From an uncultured delta proteobacterium (GTDB taxonomy: Bacteria; Myxococcota; Myxococcia; Myxococcales; Myxococcaceae): a DNA stretch of 64,000 bases. Every line of letters starts with the position of its first letter. The stretch's first letter is position 1. Of the stretch, positions 60,259-64,000 are shown piece after piece. The stretch lies in contig CAVQKE010000001.1 in NCBI GenBank assembly GCA_963713045.1, positions 576,001-640,000 of the forward strand. Direction: 5' to 3'. The position numbers and the translations under genes are program-made. The notes under the pieces are model-generated. The model made no database searches and had not been told where the DNA came from. It saw only the letters and a list, made by a program, of their open reading frames with translations.

Positions 60259-60332
60259 CGCGCGTCTTGGATGTCTGAGAGTGGCCTAGGTTGCAAAGAC
60301 CGCGGCGCCTCAACCCGCAGGGGACGACTTTC

Positions 60333-61148
60333 TCAGTCGATGCTGTTGCGTTGACGAATCCGCGCCGCCACCTGCTGGCGTTGGGCTGGTGTCAGGATGG
60401 ACGTGAGGGCACGGGCAAATGCGACCAGGCGCTGGGACTTGCCCTGCAAGTCCCAAGCTGCTGTCACATTGGCGACCACCGGCTCGAAGTAAAGGGTGGC
60501 AAAGGCCTGACTCAGCCCGCCCAACTCCTTGCGCCGGCGGGTGGCCTCCTCCTGGAGGTCCGGAGCGTAGGTGTGGAAGCTGTCGATGATGGTGGAGCGA
60601 ATTTGCGCGGCTTGCGCGTCGGTCAGCCCAATCCCGGCCATCAGCCCATCCACGCGCTGTTGGAGTTGGTCCCGCTCACTCTTCGAGTGTCCTTGCTGGC
60701 CGGCGATGCCCTGGCTGATGGTGCTCGCCACGGTCTGCCGTTGCTCGACGGTGAGCCCGGAGTGCAACTGGCCAAGCGCTTGCACGACCGCCGGACCGCG
60801 GGCCTCGGCGGCAGCCACGATTTGTTGGATGACCGCTGCGATGCGGTTGTCGTCGAAGGTCCCGGATGAAATGCCCTCCACCACCAGCCCGAGCAGCTCG
60901 CGCCGTGCGACCTGCACAGGCTCCGACTGAGCGCGGAGCGTCTGACTCAGTTTCAACAGAAGGCCCTGCTGTTGATAGGACAGCGTCAAGGCGGAAGTGG
61001 CATTGAAGAACCAGGCGGCGCTTCCCTCGTCCAACTCCTGGCGCAAGCCAGGAGCCGGGACGGTCGTCCCGACTGGCGTCGTGGCGCACCCCGCGGCGGC
61101 CGCGAAGCAAGCCCAGCCCAAAAACCCCAAACCGCCTGTTGCCGCCAT
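60333..61148 (-). CDS. Putative lipoprotein with duplicated Spy/CpxP-like helical modules
   Basis: Lipobox AAAAG-C; repeated LTxEQR/LTDAQ/LTPAQRQQ motifs. Confidence 0.6.
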   Translation of the reverse strand: MAATGGLGFLGWACFAAAAGCATTPVGTTVPAPGLRQELDEGSAAWFFNATSALTLSYQQQGLLLKLSQTLRAQSEPVQVARRELLGLVVEGISSGTFDDNRIAAVIQQIVAAAEARGPAVVQALGQLHSGLTVEQRQTVASTISQGIAGQQGHSKSERDQLQQRVDGLMAGIGLTDAQAAQIRSTIIDSFHTYAPDLQEEATRRRKELGGLSQAFATLYFEPVVANVTAAWDLQGKSQRLVAFARALTSILTPAQRQQVAARIRQRNSID

Positions 61149-61349
61149 CGCCCCTCCTGAACCCACCGCTCGCCGCGCCCGACGCCTGCAGGCTACCCGA
61201 CGCCGCGCCCAGGTTTTCGGCTTATTTCTCCTCCCGGGGGGGGGCGCCACCGGGTCCCACTTCGGCTTTTCGGGGGAGCGACCCCGCAAGGGCCGCCCCG
61301 GGGTGAAAGAAGTGAGGCGACGTAGTAGGTGGGCCTAAAGGTGGCCCCG

Positions 61350-64000
61350 GTGAACGCCGTTCTTCAGTCGCTCCGGCGCTTCGCAGTCCAGCGACGCGGC
61401 TGGTTCGTCGTGGCTGTGGCTGTCCTGCTGGCATATGCCGGGGTGGGCTTCATTCTCTTCCCCTGGATTCTGCACCATCAACTTGAGCGCCGCCTCGCCG
61501 CTGCGCTCCACCGCGACGTGTCCATTCAGCGCGTCCGCGCCAACCCCTTCGTCCTTTCCATCACCATTGACGGTTTCTTGGTGAAGGACCGCGATGGCAG
61601 TCCGTTCATCTCCTGGGAGCGCCTCTTCGTGAAGGGACGGGTGCTTCCTCTCCTCAATCGAGAGGCCGACCTTTCCGCTCTGCAGCTGACCCGTCTGCGT
61701 GCCCGCGTCCGTCTGGCCAAGGACGGCAGCCTCAACTTTTCGGACCTCCTGCTGCCTTCGTCGACTGGTGAACCGAGCGACACCGCGACTCCACCCCGTC
61801 GGCCCTTCGTTCTCGGCGTGGACCAACTTGCGTTGGAGGAGGCTCAACTCGACTTCACCGACGTCTCCCACCACCAGCCCTTCCACACGACGGTCGGGCC
61901 CTTCACCATCCGTCTGGAGGCTTTCCGCACTCGAGCGGATGCGAAGAATCCATACGCCTTCAGTGGGACCACCGAGGCCGGAGAGACATTCTCCTGGAGC
62001 GGCTCAGTCCACATCGACCCCATCCGCTCGCAGGGCACCCTGACGCTGGAGGGAATTCGGCTCCCCAAGTACACGCCCTACTACGAGCAGAACGTCGATT
62101 TCGACCTCATCGACGGGACCTTCCGAGTCCAGGGCACGTACCAGCTGGAGTGGGGCCCTCAGAAGCGCGTGGCGCGTCTGTCGGATGGGGCGCTCGCGGT
62201 CCGCAGCCTAGCCCTCCGCCTTCGAGGCACCGCCGAATCCGCCATTGAGTTGCCCGAGCTGAATGTGAGTGGCGTGCAGGCCGACTTGCTGGAGGAGGCG
62301 GCGACGGTGGAGGCCGTTTCGCTGCGGGGGATGACCGTCCGTCTCGTCCGCGACCGGGACGGACACATCAACCTCACCCGCTTGGCCCCGCGCCCGGAGG
62401 AGCATCCCCCCACCCACCCCGGACCGACCAAGACCGCCAAGCCCTTCCGCTGGACGGTCAACAAGGTGCAGCTGAGCGATGTCCGGGTGCTGTTCACGGA
62501 CCTGCTGCCTGCGTCCCCCGTCAGGGTCGAGCTGGCCCCGCTAGCCGTTACCGTCGGCAACCTCTCGAGCGACCATTCCGCGCTTTCCACCCTGGTGGTG
62601 AGTACCGGTTGGAATGGGACCGGACACCTGGCCGCGGACGGGAACGTCTCGCTGTGGAAGCCAGCGGCCGACCTGTCCTTGCACCTGCAGGGTCTGACGC
62701 TGCCGCCCGTCGACGGCTACCTCCCACTGTACGGCGGTGTCGACGCGCGCCTCGGCGATGGCCGTCTCAACCTGGAAGGACGTCTCCACGTCGACGCGGC
62801 GGCAGATGCACTGGTCTACGGCTTTGACGGGAACGCCTCGCTCGACGCGCTTGCACTCCTCGACACGCAGCGGGGCCAGGAGCTCATCCGCTGGAAGTCC
62901 CTTCAAGTGCTTGGCCTTCATCTCACGTCACAGCCGCAGGCTTTTTCCGCTCACTCGGTGCGGTGGATAGAGCCGCGGGTGAAGATTCAAATCGCCGCCG
63001 ACGGCTCCTCCAACGTGCGTCGGGTGCTCCGCGCTGGGCCGGCGGCACCGGGAGCTGCAGCGGCCCCATCCACCAAGCCAGCCCCCAAAGACGCCAGTTC
63101 GCCATCCCCCATCTCCATCGCCACCTTTCAAATCGTCCGGGGAAGTGTCGGCCTGGTGGACCGGTCGGTTCAGCCGGTGGCGCTTTTCGAGATGTCCGAC
63201 GTCGACCTGCGGATTCGCGGGCTCTCCAACGACTTGGCGGCCCGCGCCCAGGTGGAGCTCCAGGCCACCGTGGAAGGCGGTCCGCTCAAAGTGAGCGGCA
63301 CGCTGAGTCCGCGAATGAAGAACGACGCCACGGACCTCAAAATCACCTCAAAGGGCATCGACCTCACCCCGCTCGCTCCCTACTTCGGTAAGTACGTTGG
63401 CTTTGGCCTGGAGAAGGGCAAGCTCGACCTCGACCTTGGCTACAAGGTGGCGCAGCGCCACCTGGATGCAACCAACCTGGTGCGAGTGGACCAGCTCACC
63501 CTCGGGGAGGAGACGCATAGCCCGGACGCCACCAAGCTCCCGGTGAAGCTTGGACTGGCCGTCCTTCAGGACCGCGATGGCATCATTGAGTTGGACGTGC
63601 CGGTGGATGGAAACGTCGACGACCCGGACTTTCGTCTGGGGAAGCTCATCTGGCACGCCATTGGAAACATCTTCACGAAGATTGTGACCGCGCCCTTCGC
63701 AGCGCTGGGGGCTCTCTTCGGGGCCGGCAGCGAGCGGCTGGATTTGGTGGACTTCACGCCGGGCACGGCGGAGGTGAACGCCAAGGGGGAGAAGACGCTG
63801 CAGAACCTGGCCAAGGCACTGTACTCCCGGCCCGCCCTCAAACTGGAAATACAGGGCACTGTGGACGCCGAGGCGGATGGGAGCGTGCTTCGCCGGCAGG
63901 CGCTCCGCCAGCAAGCGCGCGAGCAGAAGTGGAAGGCACAGCAGGGCCACCGGGGCGCCGCTGCCTCTCCGGATGGGGTGGAGCTGTTGGAAGACGAATT
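61350..64000 (+). CDS. DUF748 domain-containing protein (AsmA-like), truncated by the window end
   Basis: Absent from the ORF track because it runs off the window. N-terminal TM (LLAYAGVGFILFPW), VRANPF, repeated beta modules, DLTPLAPY, LAVLQDRDGIIELDVPVDGNVDDPDF and start of an OmpA-like segment (RPALKLEIQG). Start and end are in the same frame. Confidence 0.88.
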   Translation, partial: MNAVLQSLRRFAVQRRGWFVVAVAVLLAYAGVGFILFPWILHHQLERRLAAALHRDVSIQRVRANPFVLSITIDGFLVKDRDGSPFISWERLFVKGRVLPLLNREADLSALQLTRLRARVRLAKDGSLNFSDLLLPSSTGEPSDTATPPRRPFVLGVDQLALEEAQLDFTDVSHHQPFHTTVGPFTIRLEAFRTRADAKNPYAFSGTTEAGETFSWSGSVHIDPIRSQGTLTLEGIRLPKYTPYYEQNVDFDLIDGTFRVQGTYQLEWGPQKRVARLSDGALAVRSLALRLRGTAESAIELPELNVSGVQADLLEEAATVEAVSLRGMTVRLVRDRDGHINLTRLAPRPEEHPPTHPGPTKTAKPFRWTVNKVQLSDVRVLFTDLLPASPVRVELAPLAVTVGNLSSDHSALSTLVVSTGWNGTGHLAADGNVSLWKPAADLSLHLQGLTLPPVDGYLPLYGGVDARLGDGRLNLEGRLHVDAAADALVYGFDGNASLDALALLDTQRGQELIRWKSLQVLGLHLTSQPQAFSAHSVRWIEPRVKIQIAADGSSNVRRVLRAGPAAPGAAAAPSTKPAPKDASSPSPISIATFQIVRGSVGLVDRSVQPVALFEMSDVDLRIRGLSNDLAARAQVELQATVEGGPLKVSGTLSPRMKNDATDLKITSKGIDLTPLAPYFGKYVGFGLEKGKLDLDLGYKVAQRHLDATNLVRVDQLTLGEETHSPDATKLPVKLGLAVLQDRDGIIELDVPVDGNVDDPDFRLGKLIWHAIGNIFTKIVTAPFAALGALFGAGSERLDLVDFTPGTAEVNAKGEKTLQNLAKALYSRPALKLEIQGTVDAEADGSVLRRQALRQQAREQKWKAQQGHRGAAASPDGVELLEDE

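Noticed and set aside
61255..61320. GC-rich stem-loop with a GCAA tetraloop upstream of the DUF748 gene, as a possible riboswitch
   Set aside because: I could not match it to any riboswitch consensus by eye and such hairpins are common at this GC content. An Rfam cmscan would settle it.
1..64000. Global UGA reassignment (genetic code 4 or 25)
   Set aside because: TGA terminates many conserved genes at their expected C-termini and Trp is encoded by TGG. Only two TGAs, both at Cys positions, appear to be read through.
1..64000. CRISPR arrays, tRNA/rRNA genes, IS elements, integrases, prophage or defence islands
   Set aside because: No regularly spaced repeats, cloverleaf-like sequences, transposase or integrase motifs, or obvious compositional islands were seen by eye.

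Overview
GC-rich chromosomal window, most likely from a myxobacterium (Myxococcota). This is inferred from gene content: a eukaryote-like Ser/Thr kinase, DUF4388, a TonB-fused TonB-dependent receptor, a large TPR/DUF3857 transglutaminase-like protein and DUF2330. It is mostly housekeeping and accessory metabolism: purSQL, glgA, pdxH, hemY/hemG, gluQ, RegB/RegA-like two-component system, miaE, pckG, tag, bioBFAD with a BirA-type operator, radA, rsfS-rlmH, gpmI, a LarA-family gene and a truncated DUF748 gene at the right edge. No rRNA, tRNA, CRISPR array or mobile element was seen. The main hidden signal is UGA recoding. (1) An Rdx/SelW-family gene absent from the ORF track (48226-48459) has an in-frame TGA in a CxxU motif and sits directly upstream of a CxxC paralogue (43/73 identical, no gaps), forming a tandem selenocysteine/cysteine pair. 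(2) A DedA-rhodanese fusion (59266-60258) has an in-frame TGA in its active-site loop (YCS-U-PSE) followed by a SECIS-like hairpin. Five otherwise intact genes (purL, a metallophosphoesterase, bioD, bioA, a serine hydrolase) each carry one single-base frameshift, most likely sequencing or assembly errors. Family calls are from motif recognition by eye; no database searches were run.
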